DNA from: Phycisphaerales bacterium
Lineage (GTDB): Bacteria > Planctomycetota > Phycisphaerae > Phycisphaerales > UBA1924
Assembly (NCBI GenBank): GCA_965227775.1
Contig: OZ245777.1
Coordinates: forward strand, 1,920,001-1,984,000
Reading direction: 5' to 3'
DNA: 64,000 bases
This document shows positions 19,045 to 28,622 of the stretch, one piece after another (within the stretch, counting starts at the first letter, position 1; each line of letters opens with the position of its first letter). A program made the translations under genes and the position numbers. The notes under the pieces are model-generated. The model was not told the origin of the DNA. It searched no databases and worked only from the letters and a program-made list of their open reading frames with translations.

Positions 19045-20391
19045 ATGACCACGATGGTCCGACGGCTGGTCGAGCGTGTGGTCGCATTTGAAGAGGGCGA
19101 GCTCGCGCCGGCGGTGCTGTCGGCGGCGTACTTCTTCTGCCTGCTTTTTGGCTACTTCATGCTGCGGCCGCTGCGCGACGCCATGGGCCTCGCCGGCGGG
19201 GTCGACTCGCTACGGCTGTTGTTCCTGGGCACGCTTGGTGTGATGGTGGTCGCGAACCTGGTGTTCGCCGCGGTCGCCTCGCGCGTGCCGCGGCGGGTGT
19301 TCGTGCCGCTCGTCTACGGCTTCGGCGTCGCGTGCCTCGTGGGATTCTTGCTCGCGTTCCTCGTGCTGGGCGATCAGCGGTCCGAAGCCGTCGGCAAGGT
19401 CTTCTACGTCTGGCTGAGCGTCTTCAACCTCATGGCGACGGCGGTCTTCTGGGGCTTCATGGCCGACATCTTCCGGAAGCCACAGGCCGCGAGGCTCTTT
19501 GGGTTCATCGCGGTGGGGGGGACGGCCGGGGCCATCTGCGGCTCGGCGTGGACTGGCCTGTTGTCGGAGACGATCGGCACGGTCGGCTTGTTTGCCGGAG
19601 CGTCGTTCCTGATCTTGTGCGCGGGTGCGTTGGCGATCGTCTTGGACCGCGTGGCCGAACGCCGGCGCATGGGCTCGGCCGAGCACACGCTCGACGCGGG
19701 CGGTGCACTCGGCGGCACGAGCTGGCAGGGCGTGGTCGACGTGCTGCGCTCTCCGTACCTTCTTGGCATCGCTTGCTACGTCGCGGCATTCACCATCGGC
19801 TCGACGTTGCTGTACTTCGAGAAGATGCGCATCATCGAAGGATTCGCCGAGACGACCGAGTCTCGCGCTCAGGTGCTCGCGTGGATCGAGCTTGGCGGCC
19901 AGACGCTCACGGTCCTGCTGCAGCTGTTCCTCACCGGGCGGCTTATGCGTCGCCTGGGCGTCGGGGCGCTGCTGGCCGTCGTGCCGATGGTCACGGTCAT
20001 CGGATTCGTCGGCCTGGCCGCGGCACCGGTGCTGCTGGTGCTGGCGATCTTCGAGGTCGCGCGCCGCGCGAGCCATTATGCCTTGAGCAAGCCGGCGCGC
20101 GAGGCGCTCTTCACGACCGTGCCGAGGGCCGACAAGTACAAGGCCAAGGGCATCATCGATACGTTCGTTTACCGCGGCGGCGATACGGCGGGCACCGTCG
20201 CCGACGCGGCGCTCGCTGCCATCGGCCTTGCGGCCGCGTGGCTGGCGGTGCCGCTGGGCATCGGTTCGCTCTTCGTGGGCGTCTGGCTCGGCCGACGCTC
20301 ACACAACGCCGAGCCAGTCGATTCGTCGCTGCCAGATGTGCCGGGCGCCGCGCCCGCATCGCTCGCCAGCCCCGCGAACACCCACGTATAA
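19045..20391 (+). CDS. NTT/TLC-family (ATP:ADP antiporter-like) MFS transporter
   Basis: YFMLRPLRD, FYVWLSVFNL, FWGFMAD, KPAREALF, KYKAKGIIDTFVYRGGD. Confidence 0.85.
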   Translation: MTTMVRRLVERVVAFEEGELAPAVLSAAYFFCLLFGYFMLRPLRDAMGLAGGVDSLRLLFLGTLGVMVVANLVFAAVASRVPRRVFVPLVYGFGVACLVGFLLAFLVLGDQRSEAVGKVFYVWLSVFNLMATAVFWGFMADIFRKPQAARLFGFIAVGGTAGAICGSAWTGLLSETIGTVGLFAGASFLILCAGALAIVLDRVAERRRMGSAEHTLDAGGALGGTSWQGVVDVLRSPYLLGIACYVAAFTIGSTLLYFEKMRIIEGFAETTESRAQVLAWIELGGQTLTVLLQLFLTGRLMRRLGVGALLAVVPMVTVIGFVGLAAAPVLLVLAIFEVARRASHYALSKPAREALFTTVPRADKYKAKGIIDTFVYRGGDTAGTVADAALAAIGLAAAWLAVPLGIGSLFVGVWLGRRSHNAEPVDSSLPDVPGAAPASLASPANTHV

Positions 20392-20412
20392 CCCCCCGAT
20401 GAGGATCACGCC

Positions 20413-21642
20413 ATGCACCAGACCCGTCGAGAGTTTCTCGTGACCGCCTCGGCCGCCAGCGCCGCCGCCCTGCTCGGGCTCGGCCCGTGGACGCAGCACG
20501 CGTTCGCCAAGGGCAAGGCCGCCAAGCAGCTCAAGATCCTGTTCCTCGGCGGTACGGGCATGCTCGGGCCGCACGTGATCAAGATCCTGCTCGACCGCGG
20601 GCACGAGGTCACGCTCTTCAACCGCGGCAACCGCGACGAGATGTTCCCCGACCTGGAGTTCATCCAGGGCAACCGCATCGTCGACGTCGAGCCCGGGCTC
20701 AAGCCCCTGCAAGACGAGGTCGACGCCGGACGCCGCTGGGACGCGGTCATCGATACCGCCAGCGTGCACACGTGGGTCGAGAACAGCGCGAAGCTCCTGA
20801 AGGATAACGCCGACCACTACACCTACATCTCGTCGCTGAGCGTCTACGCCGACAACAGCCGTGTCGGCCTCGACGAAGAAGACGCCGTGGCGACGATGCC
20901 CGATGACGTCGCAGACGGCATTACCGCCCTGCCCTACGACATGACGTACTACGGCGCCGTCAAGGCGCGCAGCGAGGACGCGGCCCGACGCCACTTCCCC
21001 GGCAAGGCGCTCGTCCATCGGCCTGGTTTGCTCGTCGGTCCGCGAGACTTCACGCATCGCTTCACGTACTGGCCGTACCGCGTGCGCGAGGGCGGCGAGG
21101 TGCTTGCGCCCGGCGCTGCCGACCACAGCCTGCAGTTCATCGACGTGCGAGACCTCGCCGCGTTCATGGTCCTGGGTATCGAGCGGGGAACGACTGGCAC
21201 CTTCAACGTCAACGGTCCGGTTGGCGGCGGCATGACGATCGGCAGACTCCTTGGGGCCTGCAAGAGGGCCACCGGCAGTGACGCCACGTTCACCTATGCC
21301 GAGGGCGACTGGCTCGCGAGCCAGGGCGTGAACCCGTGGGCGCAGATGCCGGTGTGGATCCCGCCGAGCCTCGAGATGATCGGCTTCCACACGCGCGATC
21401 TGTCGAAGGCGGCGGCCGCGGGGCTGACGACGCGCCCGCTGGAGGCGACCATCGCCGACACGCTCACGTGGCTCGACGAGGAGTACATGCCCATGTGGAC
21501 GCAGGCGATGGCCGACCGTGGTGAGACCGACGCGACGTTCGGCTTCGGAGGCAACCGCCCGGGCATCACCCGCGAGCAGGAGGCCGAGCTGCTGGCGATG
21601 TGGAAGGCCCGCGGCGAGGGCGGCGACCAGGACGACGGCTAG
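20413..21642 (+). CDS. Tat-exported NAD-dependent epimerase/dehydratase family protein
   Basis: TRREFL twin-arginine signal; GGTGMLG, YGAVKA, RFTYW, QFIDVRDLA. Confidence 0.88.
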   Translation: MHQTRREFLVTASAASAAALLGLGPWTQHAFAKGKAAKQLKILFLGGTGMLGPHVIKILLDRGHEVTLFNRGNRDEMFPDLEFIQGNRIVDVEPGLKPLQDEVDAGRRWDAVIDTASVHTWVENSAKLLKDNADHYTYISSLSVYADNSRVGLDEEDAVATMPDDVADGITALPYDMTYYGAVKARSEDAARRHFPGKALVHRPGLLVGPRDFTHRFTYWPYRVREGGEVLAPGAADHSLQFIDVRDLAAFMVLGIERGTTGTFNVNGPVGGGMTIGRLLGACKRATGSDATFTYAEGDWLASQGVNPWAQMPVWIPPSLEMIGFHTRDLSKAAAAGLTTRPLEATIADTLTWLDEEYMPMWTQAMADRGETDATFGFGGNRPGITREQEAELLAMWKARGEGGDQDDG

Positions 21643-22796
21643 CCGATCGCGCGCTCCAGGTCCGCGATCAGGTCGTCCACGTCCTCGATGCCCACGCTGA
21701 GCCGAACAAGATTGTCGGCGATGCCGAGCTTGGCGCGCTGGTCGGCCGGCACGCTGGCGTGCGTCATGATGGCCGGGTGCTCGATCAGGCTCTCGACCCC
21801 GCCCAGGCTCTCGGCGAGCGCGAAGATCTTGACGGTCTCAAGCATCTTGCGGCTCTCGTCCAGACCGCCCTTCAGGTAGATCGTGACCATGCCGCCGAAG
21901 CCACGCATCTGCTTGGCGGCGATGGCGTGCTGCGGGTGGCTCTCCAGGCCCGGGTACACGACCTTGTCGACCTTCGCGTGCGCCTCGAGATACCGCGCGA
22001 CCTTGGCCGCGTTCTCGCAGTGGCGATCCATGCGCACGTGCAGGGTCTTGGTCGACCGCAGGAACAGGAAGCACTCCTGGATGCCCGGCACCGCGCCCTC
22101 GCTCAGCTGCAGGAACTTGAGGCCATTGTGGATCTCATCGTCGTTGACGATCAGCGCCCCGCCGATCGCGTCGCTGTGCCCGCCGAGGTACTTCGTGAGC
22201 GAGTGGCACACGATGTCGGCGCCCAGGCTTAGCGGGTTCTGCAAGTAGGGGCTGGAGAAGGTGTTGTCGACGGCGACCATCGCGCCCGCCTTCGTTCCCA
22301 TCTCGGCCATCGCGGCGATGTCGATGATCTTGAGCGTCGGGTTCGTCGGCGTCTCGATCCACAGCAGCTTCGTGTTGCCCTTGATGGCGCTCTTCACCGC
22401 GTCGTGGTCGGTCATGTCGACCAGGCTGATCTCGATGCCAAGCTGCTGGAACACCTTGTGGAAGATGCGGTTGGTCCCGCCGTAGACGTCGTCACAAAGA
22501 ACAACATGGTCGCCGGCCTTGAGCAAGTGGATGACCGCGCCCGTCGCCGCCACGCCACTGGAGAACGCGAGCCCGTGCGTGCCGCCCTCGAGCGAGGCGA
22601 GGTTGGCCTCGAGGGCCGTGCGCGTCGGGTTGGCCGCCCGGCTGTAGTCGTACTCGCCGATGATCTCGCCGGGCGACTTCTGGACGTACGTCGAGGTCTG
22701 GTAGATGGGCGTGCAGATGGCCCCGGTCGAGGGGTCGGGGCTCTGGCCGGCGTGGATGGCCCGGGTCCCGAAGCGTGCGTTCTCGTCGATCTTCAT
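21639..22796 (-). CDS. metB: Cystathionine gamma-lyase/synthase (PLP trans-sulfuration enzyme)
   Basis: PIYQTSTY, YSRAANPT, ETPTNP, HSLTKYLGGHSD, AESLGGVESL. Confidence 0.92.
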   Translation of the reverse strand: MKIDENARFGTRAIHAGQSPDPSTGAICTPIYQTSTYVQKSPGEIIGEYDYSRAANPTRTALEANLASLEGGTHGLAFSSGVAATGAVIHLLKAGDHVVLCDDVYGGTNRIFHKVFQQLGIEISLVDMTDHDAVKSAIKGNTKLLWIETPTNPTLKIIDIAAMAEMGTKAGAMVAVDNTFSSPYLQNPLSLGADIVCHSLTKYLGGHSDAIGGALIVNDDEIHNGLKFLQLSEGAVPGIQECFLFLRSTKTLHVRMDRHCENAAKVARYLEAHAKVDKVVYPGLESHPQHAIAAKQMRGFGGMVTIYLKGGLDESRKMLETVKIFALAESLGGVESLIEHPAIMTHASVPADQRAKLGIADNLVRLSVGIEDVDDLIADLERAIG

Positions 22797-23030
22797 GCGC
22801 GTGGCCCCGTACTTGGCGTGTCTGGAAGGGGTGGGAGGGAGCGAGCCGCAGGGTAGGGGGCGGGATAGCTTGACGCTTCGCCAGCGGGGCCGCGCCCTTC
22901 GGGCTTGCGATCGCGGGGCGAGCGATCTACCGCTGCTGCTGCGCACCAACGTGCAACGGGCCACCGATGGCGCTTCCCGGGCGCCCGGCGACTTCCGCTG
23001 CGTCGTTGGGTTGTCGATGCGTCGGACCTC

Positions 23031-23741
23031 TTAGCCAGCGGCCAAGTGGTCCTCGCCCGTCACGGGCTCGATGCTGCCGGCCGTCTCGTTGGTCTGCGTG
23101 CCAAAGGGGATTGTCCGCGTGACGCTCCACTGGCTCTGCGGGCCGGTGCTCAGTCGGGCGGCGACGCGGTAGCCCACGCTCCGCACGCCGTCCGGCACGC
23201 TGGTGTCGACGAAGCGCTTGTCATCGCCGGCGAAGCCGAGGAAGGCGTAGGGCGACTCGACGCCCTCGCTGCTGGTCGTGCGGCGCTGCACCAAGTAGGT
23301 CGCGCCGCCGCCTGTCGTTGCCTTGAAGGTCAGTTCGATCGAGCCGTCGGTCTCGACGGTCGTGCGCAGGTCGGTGGGCGCGGCCGGCGCGGTTCGCTCG
23401 CTGGGCGTCTTGGGCGCGGGGATGCCGGCCTTGGGGTAGACGCCCGGGTCGCCGGTCGTTGTTGCGAAGGCATCGATGCGCGCCAGGTCGGCGCTCGCCT
23501 CGGCCCGCAGCGTGGCGAAGGTCGCGTCCTTCAGTGCCGTCGCGTCACGAGACGCCTGGCGCGCCGCGATCATGGCCGCGTACGCCGCCTCGGCGGCCAC
23601 CGTCTTTTCCTCGAACGAGGCGATTTCCGTGGAATCGAGACCGATCACCGGCGGCGTGCCCCCGCCGGCCCAGATGTCCGCGTGCGTGCGCGACCAGTCG
23701 ATGAAGCTGGCGTCGTCCGTGGGGATCCGTCCGTTGCTCAT
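23031..23741 (-). CDS. Hypothetical protein: N-terminal helical bundle plus C-terminal FN3-like beta domain
   Basis: GGAGG RBS; Ala-rich helices, P-rich linker, then APTDL...Y.V.R...FVD...Y.V.A...SQWS strands; no signal peptide. Confidence 0.7.
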   Translation of the reverse strand: MSNGRIPTDDASFIDWSRTHADIWAGGGTPPVIGLDSTEIASFEEKTVAAEAAYAAMIAARQASRDATALKDATFATLRAEASADLARIDAFATTTGDPGVYPKAGIPAPKTPSERTAPAAPTDLRTTVETDGSIELTFKATTGGGATYLVQRRTTSSEGVESPYAFLGFAGDDKRFVDTSVPDGVRSVGYRVAARLSTGPQSQWSVTRTIPFGTQTNETAGSIEPVTGEDHLAAG

Positions 23742-23982
23742 GGCGAGCGCCTCCGGTGGTGGGGCCGCGTTGTGCGCGTGGCCCCTGGCTGTCCGGGCCG
23801 GCCACCGGCTCGCTGCCGATCGTGCCGCCCATGCCGGATGTATCGAGTGGATGGGAGGGGGACTTCACTGTGTGAGGGGGAAAATCTGAAAATTGTCTGG
23901 CGTTGGGTCTAAAGGGTGGTTATTGGGGTACTAACACCATTGATCTTGGTGAGATCTCCCAAATCTTCAGCGAGAAGGACTG

Positions 23983-25152
23983 TCAGTCTTCACCATCAGT
24001 GGATTGGGTTGCGCCAGAGTCGCGGTCATCGACAGCTTCTGATCCGGCTCTAGAACGGCGAGCCTGCGCTTCCTCTCGCTCCAATTCTTTCTCACCTGGC
24101 AGTTTGAGAATGGCCCGCCAGTACTTCGACTTGAGTGGCTCGGAAAATTCTCGAGGCTTGAAAGGGTCCGACAGCGCGTGGTCCGCAAGGTCCATACGAA
24201 GAAAGGGAATGGAACTATCTGGTAGAACAACCTTGATCAGGTTCCGCACACCTTGAAGACTAGAGGTAGCAGCAGCTTCGCTGGGAGGCTCGCCTTGGTG
24301 GGAGAGGTCGTTCCTTGCCTTGCGAGCCGCAGACAATGCGGAGAGCGTGGGGAGATCAATGATGCCCTTTTGAAACAGCATCTCGATTCTCGTCGCAGCC
24401 GACCAAGTACGCGTGTCGTTCAACTGTTCTCTTCGGGACTTGCTTCGATCGGTCAGGCGAGTCGGCTCTACAATTTCACGATGCCACAACGCTTCCAGCA
24501 GTTGTTCAGTGGCGATCCAGAGATTCGATAGAGCCGTACCAAAGTCGCGCCTTGCTAATCCGGTGGCACCCTTTAAGAGGTACTCACCGCGCAGTGGTTC
24601 GAGCTTGTGCAATGCTTGAAGTCCGACCTGCATCGCAGAGTAGAGCTCTCCGAATCTCACGATTCGCGGCTCGTCAAGTTGAATCGAATCGAATGCGGAA
24701 GCCGTCTGCTGTCGAATCGACCTATGAAAGCGGTTTGGAGCGGCCATGCCAGTATGGTGGCTGCGTACGTATTTCCAATCGATGATTGAACCGAGATCCA
24801 AGCCGTCTGGGTTGATGGACTCGCAGTACACGCCGCCCAGCAGCAAGCCGCACAAGCACTTGTTGAAGAACTGGACTGCCGCGCTGTCGTCCTGTAGCTC
24901 CGGCAGTGGGGGCAGCACCAGTCCACCATCACGGCAGACCACCATGTGATACGGATGATCAAGTCCGACATCAAGTCCGCTGACGACTTCGTGCAGCCCA
25001 ACGTAATCCCAGTTCCCTGAGTTGATCTCGTCGATGGTTGCTGACCAGGGTGCTGTGGCATCATCTGCCTCGACGATGCGAAACGGACTCAGGTATGTCA
25101 TGAGAACGTGAACTCGGCGAGGAAACGAGCTGTCTGGGGTCGGGTATGCCAT
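23983..25152 (-). CDS. Hypothetical protein with HEPN-like RxxxxH motif (lower-GC accessory gene)
   Basis: Long ORF with atypical codon usage; LWIATEQLLE helix and ARKARNDLSH; start uncertain (frame open to 25329). Confidence 0.6.
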   Translation of the reverse strand: MAYPTPDSSFPRRVHVLMTYLSPFRIVEADDATAPWSATIDEINSGNWDYVGLHEVVSGLDVGLDHPYHMVVCRDGGLVLPPLPELQDDSAAVQFFNKCLCGLLLGGVYCESINPDGLDLGSIIDWKYVRSHHTGMAAPNRFHRSIRQQTASAFDSIQLDEPRIVRFGELYSAMQVGLQALHKLEPLRGEYLLKGATGLARRDFGTALSNLWIATEQLLEALWHREIVEPTRLTDRSKSRREQLNDTRTWSAATRIEMLFQKGIIDLPTLSALSAARKARNDLSHQGEPPSEAAATSSLQGVRNLIKVVLPDSSIPFLRMDLADHALSDPFKPREFSEPLKSKYWRAILKLPGEKELEREEAQARRSRAGSEAVDDRDSGATQSTDGED

Positions 25153-25378
25153 GTCATCCAAGGTATGACGGCCATCAGTCTCAAAGGAGTCAAATGTCAA
25201 TCGAAACGTGTCGTTTCTCGGCGAGTTGTCACCGGAGCGGGCATACCTTGCTATCGCCTCCTGTCGCACCTGCACCCGGAGTTTGACGTAGCTATCAAAC
25301 GAACCCCAGTGGCGTGGCAGCACAATCAAGTGGCTGCTGACAGCGTCAGGGCCGTCTCATGAGCTTCAGGAACGACTT

Positions 25379-25567
25379 CCGACCGCCCGAGAACGCCCGC
25401 CGATCGCACGCCAGCGGCCCACGGGTCGTCGAAAACCACCGCCGACCGCACGAAGACGATTCCCGACCGACCGGAAACGACCGCCGACCGCCCGAAACTG
25501 GCTCCCGACCGCTCGGAAGCGACTCCCGACCGCACGGAAATCATTGCCGACCGGTCGTCAGCCATTT
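25379..25567. repeat. Degenerate tandem array of nine 21-bp units (core CCGACCG-NN-CG)
   Basis: Units start at 25379, 25400, 25421, 25442, 25463, 25484, 25505, 25526, 25547; CCGACCG exact in 7 of 9, CG at unit positions 10-11 in all 9. Confidence 0.9.
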
Positions 25568-25688
25568 TTCCGCTGGTCCGATCACGCCTGACCGTGTGGC
25601 CATGGCCGTGGAGGCTTCCACCTAGCTAGTTCGACCGGTCGGCCGCTCGCGCGGATGCCTGCGCGAGAGTTCGCTGTGACCCGGCCAA

Positions 25689-27701
25689 TCATCGCACCCA
25701 TTGATCGAAGCGAATCGCCGTCGGACTGCGGCTGGCGTCGTACACCTCGAGCAGTGCGTTCCGGTCACGATCAAAGTACATCTCTGGGAGGAAGGGCCCG
25801 CTCGGCCGTGAGGCCTGGAAGTATCGGCGGGTCATGTCCGAGGCATTGAGGAGGCCGAGTCGATCTGCCTCGCGCGTCGCTTCCTTGCCAATCAGTGCAA
25901 GCAGCCCCGGTGAAAGTTCATGAGCGATCAAAGCCTCGTCCATTGCCACCCGGTCGTAGAACTGCCTGAGGTCCAGAGAGTCTGCAGCGATGGAGTACAC
26001 GAGCGCTGCCGAATTGTTTCTTTCATCCAATTCCTCGATGGCATTGCGTGCATCGGCTATGACGAGAAACTCGTCCGGGATACCGATGATGTGCACGAAA
26101 CCGAGCTCAAGCTCGAGCGGAGCTTCTTGTCCGGCCTGGAGGACTTCAACGCGTTCGGTGTGGATGATCTCGCCGTTGCGAGTCACACGAAGCTCGACCG
26201 TACGCTCCGCAGGCTCCGGCCCGATGTTGCGGACGTTCCCGATGACTCCGGCGACGTCGGCATCGGTGTCGAACGTTACCGAGTCGATCGACAGCAGGTA
26301 ATCGGGTTTGAAGTAGGCCCGATCGATTACGACTCGCCGGACGTTGTTGGATCGATCGACGTCGTGGATCGATGTGTCGTTGCCATCGGCAAAGAAGTAC
26401 GCATTCGTGGCCCAGATCGGAATGCCATCCCGATTGACCGGGATATCGATCTCGAACTCGTAAACGATGCTCTGCCCGGGCACCAGAATCGGAGTCATGC
26501 GTTCTTGTTGGGACTTCACCGAAGTATCCGTCCACATGTCGTCATATAGGGCCACGATGTCGCACGGAGGAGACCATCCGGCCGATACGTTGGTCACCTC
26601 GAGCAGATAGGTAAGCGTCCTCCATCGATACCACCCGGCTGGGACGCCCTTGTCATTTCCTTCAGGCAACTCCTCGTAGTGATCGGTGTACGGCTTGGCG
26701 ACTTCCAGGCGGGTGATCGCGAGGTCCGTCGTTGTCGAGAGAGTACGAGTTGCAATATTGTTTCGTTCGTCGACTTCCAGCAAGAGGTCATCGCTATCGG
26801 CTTCAACGGTGAGGTCAAAGCGGCCGTCGTCACCCACCGAGTAGTTCGGCAGCGTGAAGTCGAACGTGTACTGTCTGTCGGCACCGCCTCCCAACGGATC
26901 AACTTGCGTAGTCGCAACTAGGTCGCCGTCGATTCTCCATTCCAGACTCGTCAAGGGGTTTTGATCTCGATTCGAGAGGGGGCGAGTGCCGGCAGGGCCC
27001 GACCATTCATTCTCGTTGGACACGGTCACTTCCACGCGGAAGTTTGACGTGTCTCCAACAATCGTTGACGCGTGAGAGCGAACGACAACGCTCAGGTCAG
27101 GACGGATGGCTAGGTGCTCGGCTGCCACGCCAATCGTTGCCGCAGCGGTCCGCGGGTTGGCCGGGTTAGTGTCGCCACCAGTTGCGCCATGTCCCTGAAC
27201 ACCATCGGCTTGATGCATGACTTCATGTGCCAGTGTCCCGATCAGAAGCGGCATCATGAGATCTCGACCGCCCTGAGCGAGCCCATCGATATTGTCCATG
27301 CATAGGAGCACCCGGTTGCCCGTGTCAGGCAGCACAAAGTCGTTTGAGGGCCAGCTGCAACGTCCCATGTGCCCGGGGTCGCGTCGACAGTATGCTCGTT
27401 CGCAGTTGATTACGACGCGATTGAGTTCTCGTGTCCAGCGGGAGCGACGACGTTCCGAAATGTCTGAGTACTGACTTGGGTTGGCTGGGTCGAATTCAAG
27501 CTCTCGTAGGATCAGAGACTTGTGCTGGTACAGAAACGCGTATGCGTCTCGGAGCCGTTGTTCGTCTTCCGGCGTTATTCGCTCTTCGCACGAGTTGCGA
27601 ATGCTCAGGCTCTGGCCAGCGCACATGGTGCTCATCAGAACGAACCAAACGCCTAGAGCGGTAGAGACTAAGGCCCGATGGATTTCGTGGTGCCGCGTCA
27701 C
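25689..27701 (-). CDS. Secreted zinc metallopeptidase-like protein with CARDB domains
   Basis: N-terminal hydrophobic signal, LAHEVMH (HExxH), three PDL/DL...N...D......E.DE.NN CARDB-type repeats. Confidence 0.75.
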   Translation of the reverse strand: MTRHHEIHRALVSTALGVWFVLMSTMCAGQSLSIRNSCEERITPEDEQRLRDAYAFLYQHKSLILRELEFDPANPSQYSDISERRRSRWTRELNRVVINCERAYCRRDPGHMGRCSWPSNDFVLPDTGNRVLLCMDNIDGLAQGGRDLMMPLLIGTLAHEVMHQADGVQGHGATGGDTNPANPRTAAATIGVAAEHLAIRPDLSVVVRSHASTIVGDTSNFRVEVTVSNENEWSGPAGTRPLSNRDQNPLTSLEWRIDGDLVATTQVDPLGGGADRQYTFDFTLPNYSVGDDGRFDLTVEADSDDLLLEVDERNNIATRTLSTTTDLAITRLEVAKPYTDHYEELPEGNDKGVPAGWYRWRTLTYLLEVTNVSAGWSPPCDIVALYDDMWTDTSVKSQQERMTPILVPGQSIVYEFEIDIPVNRDGIPIWATNAYFFADGNDTSIHDVDRSNNVRRVVIDRAYFKPDYLLSIDSVTFDTDADVAGVIGNVRNIGPEPAERTVELRVTRNGEIIHTERVEVLQAGQEAPLELELGFVHIIGIPDEFLVIADARNAIEELDERNNSAALVYSIAADSLDLRQFYDRVAMDEALIAHELSPGLLALIGKEATREADRLGLLNASDMTRRYFQASRPSGPFLPEMYFDRDRNALLEVYDASRSPTAIRFDQWVR

Positions 27702-28031
27702 TGTGATCCCCCATTTGTGGTCTCTATGCTAAACAAGGTAACTGTGTTCTCTCAGGCAGCGTACGGCAAAACGGCCCGTTCTAGCTGTGAAACTCCCGGA
27801 TGGTGCGTCCGCCGGCTAAGGCGGCGTCAAGGTCTGTATGTGGGGCGCGTGGAGAGACGTAGGTGATCGATCTATCCAGCGCTGTCTGCTTATCATATCC
27901 GCGACCAGCAAGGCGACCTAAGACGCCGTCTCGATAGTCGACGAGTCCATCGAGAAGACCGTTGCCACTCCTGCGAGCGCCCACGCGAGCGCACACCCCG
28001 CGGCACGTGGACACCCGCCCACACAACAACA

Positions 28032-28060
28032 CCGCCCCGCCTGTAGAACAGACGGGGCGG
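28032..28060 (-). terminator. Hairpin terminator after the PEP-CTERM gene
   Basis: CCGCCCCG...CGGGGCGG inverted repeat followed by a TG/T-rich tail on the minus strand. Confidence 0.65.
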
Positions 28061-28091
28061 CGGATGCGTGACGATCTGCCGGAGCCGACGC

Positions 28092-28622
28092 TTAGCGGCG
28101 GCGACGCGTGGCGGCCAGGCCGCCAAGGCCGAGCAGCGCGAGCGTGGCGGGCGCGGGGATGATCGCGCGGTCGTACGCGAAGGCGCCGCCGCTGCCACCC
28201 GAGCCCCACTCGGTGAACATGATGTCGACGTAGGCGTCCTCGGCCTCGAGGTAGAGGACGGCCTCGACGTCAACGGTGCCGGGGGGGAAGCTGCCGTGGG
28301 CGTTCTCCCAGGTGTCGAAGTCGCCGATGCCGATGGCGCCGTCGATCACGTCCTGGACCGTGCCGCCGAAGAACCACTGAGTGCCCAGCGGCGAGACGAA
28401 GTCTTCGTACGTGCCCTCTTGCAGGATGTTGTAGATGCCCTGGCGGTCGCCGCGGGTGATCGCGACCGTATCGGTGATCATGTCCTGGTTGGCCGGGTCG
28501 GTCGGGTCGGCGAACGCGGCCTTCGAGAAGCTGAGCGTTCCGTCCGACGCCTGGAAGAACTGCTGGGCGCTTGCTGATGCCGCCACGGCGGCAACGCCCG
28601 TTGCACAAATCAATACTCGCAT
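28092..28622 (-). CDS. PEP-CTERM-like (IPAP) sorted surface protein
   Basis: GAGGAG RBS, signal peptide, C-terminal IPAPATLALLGLGGLAATRRRR. Confidence 0.88.
   Translation of the reverse strand: MRVLICATGVAAVAASASAQQFFQASDGTLSFSKAAFADPTDPANQDMITDTVAITRGDRQGIYNILQEGTYEDFVSPLGTQWFFGGTVQDVIDGAIGIGDFDTWENAHGSFPPGTVDVEAVLYLEAEDAYVDIMFTEWGSGGSGGAFAYDRAIIPAPATLALLGLGGLAATRRRR

Noticed and set aside
22946..23009. attC-like imperfect inverted repeat (ACCCAAC...GTTGG on the minus strand) after the FN3-like gene
   Set aside because: R''-L'' spacing too short, R' box not GTTRRRY, no similar sites after the other accessory genes and no integrase; more likely an ordinary hairpin
25379..25567. CRISPR array
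   Set aside because: Period only 21 bp, conserved part about 11 bp, no full-length spacers, no cas genes
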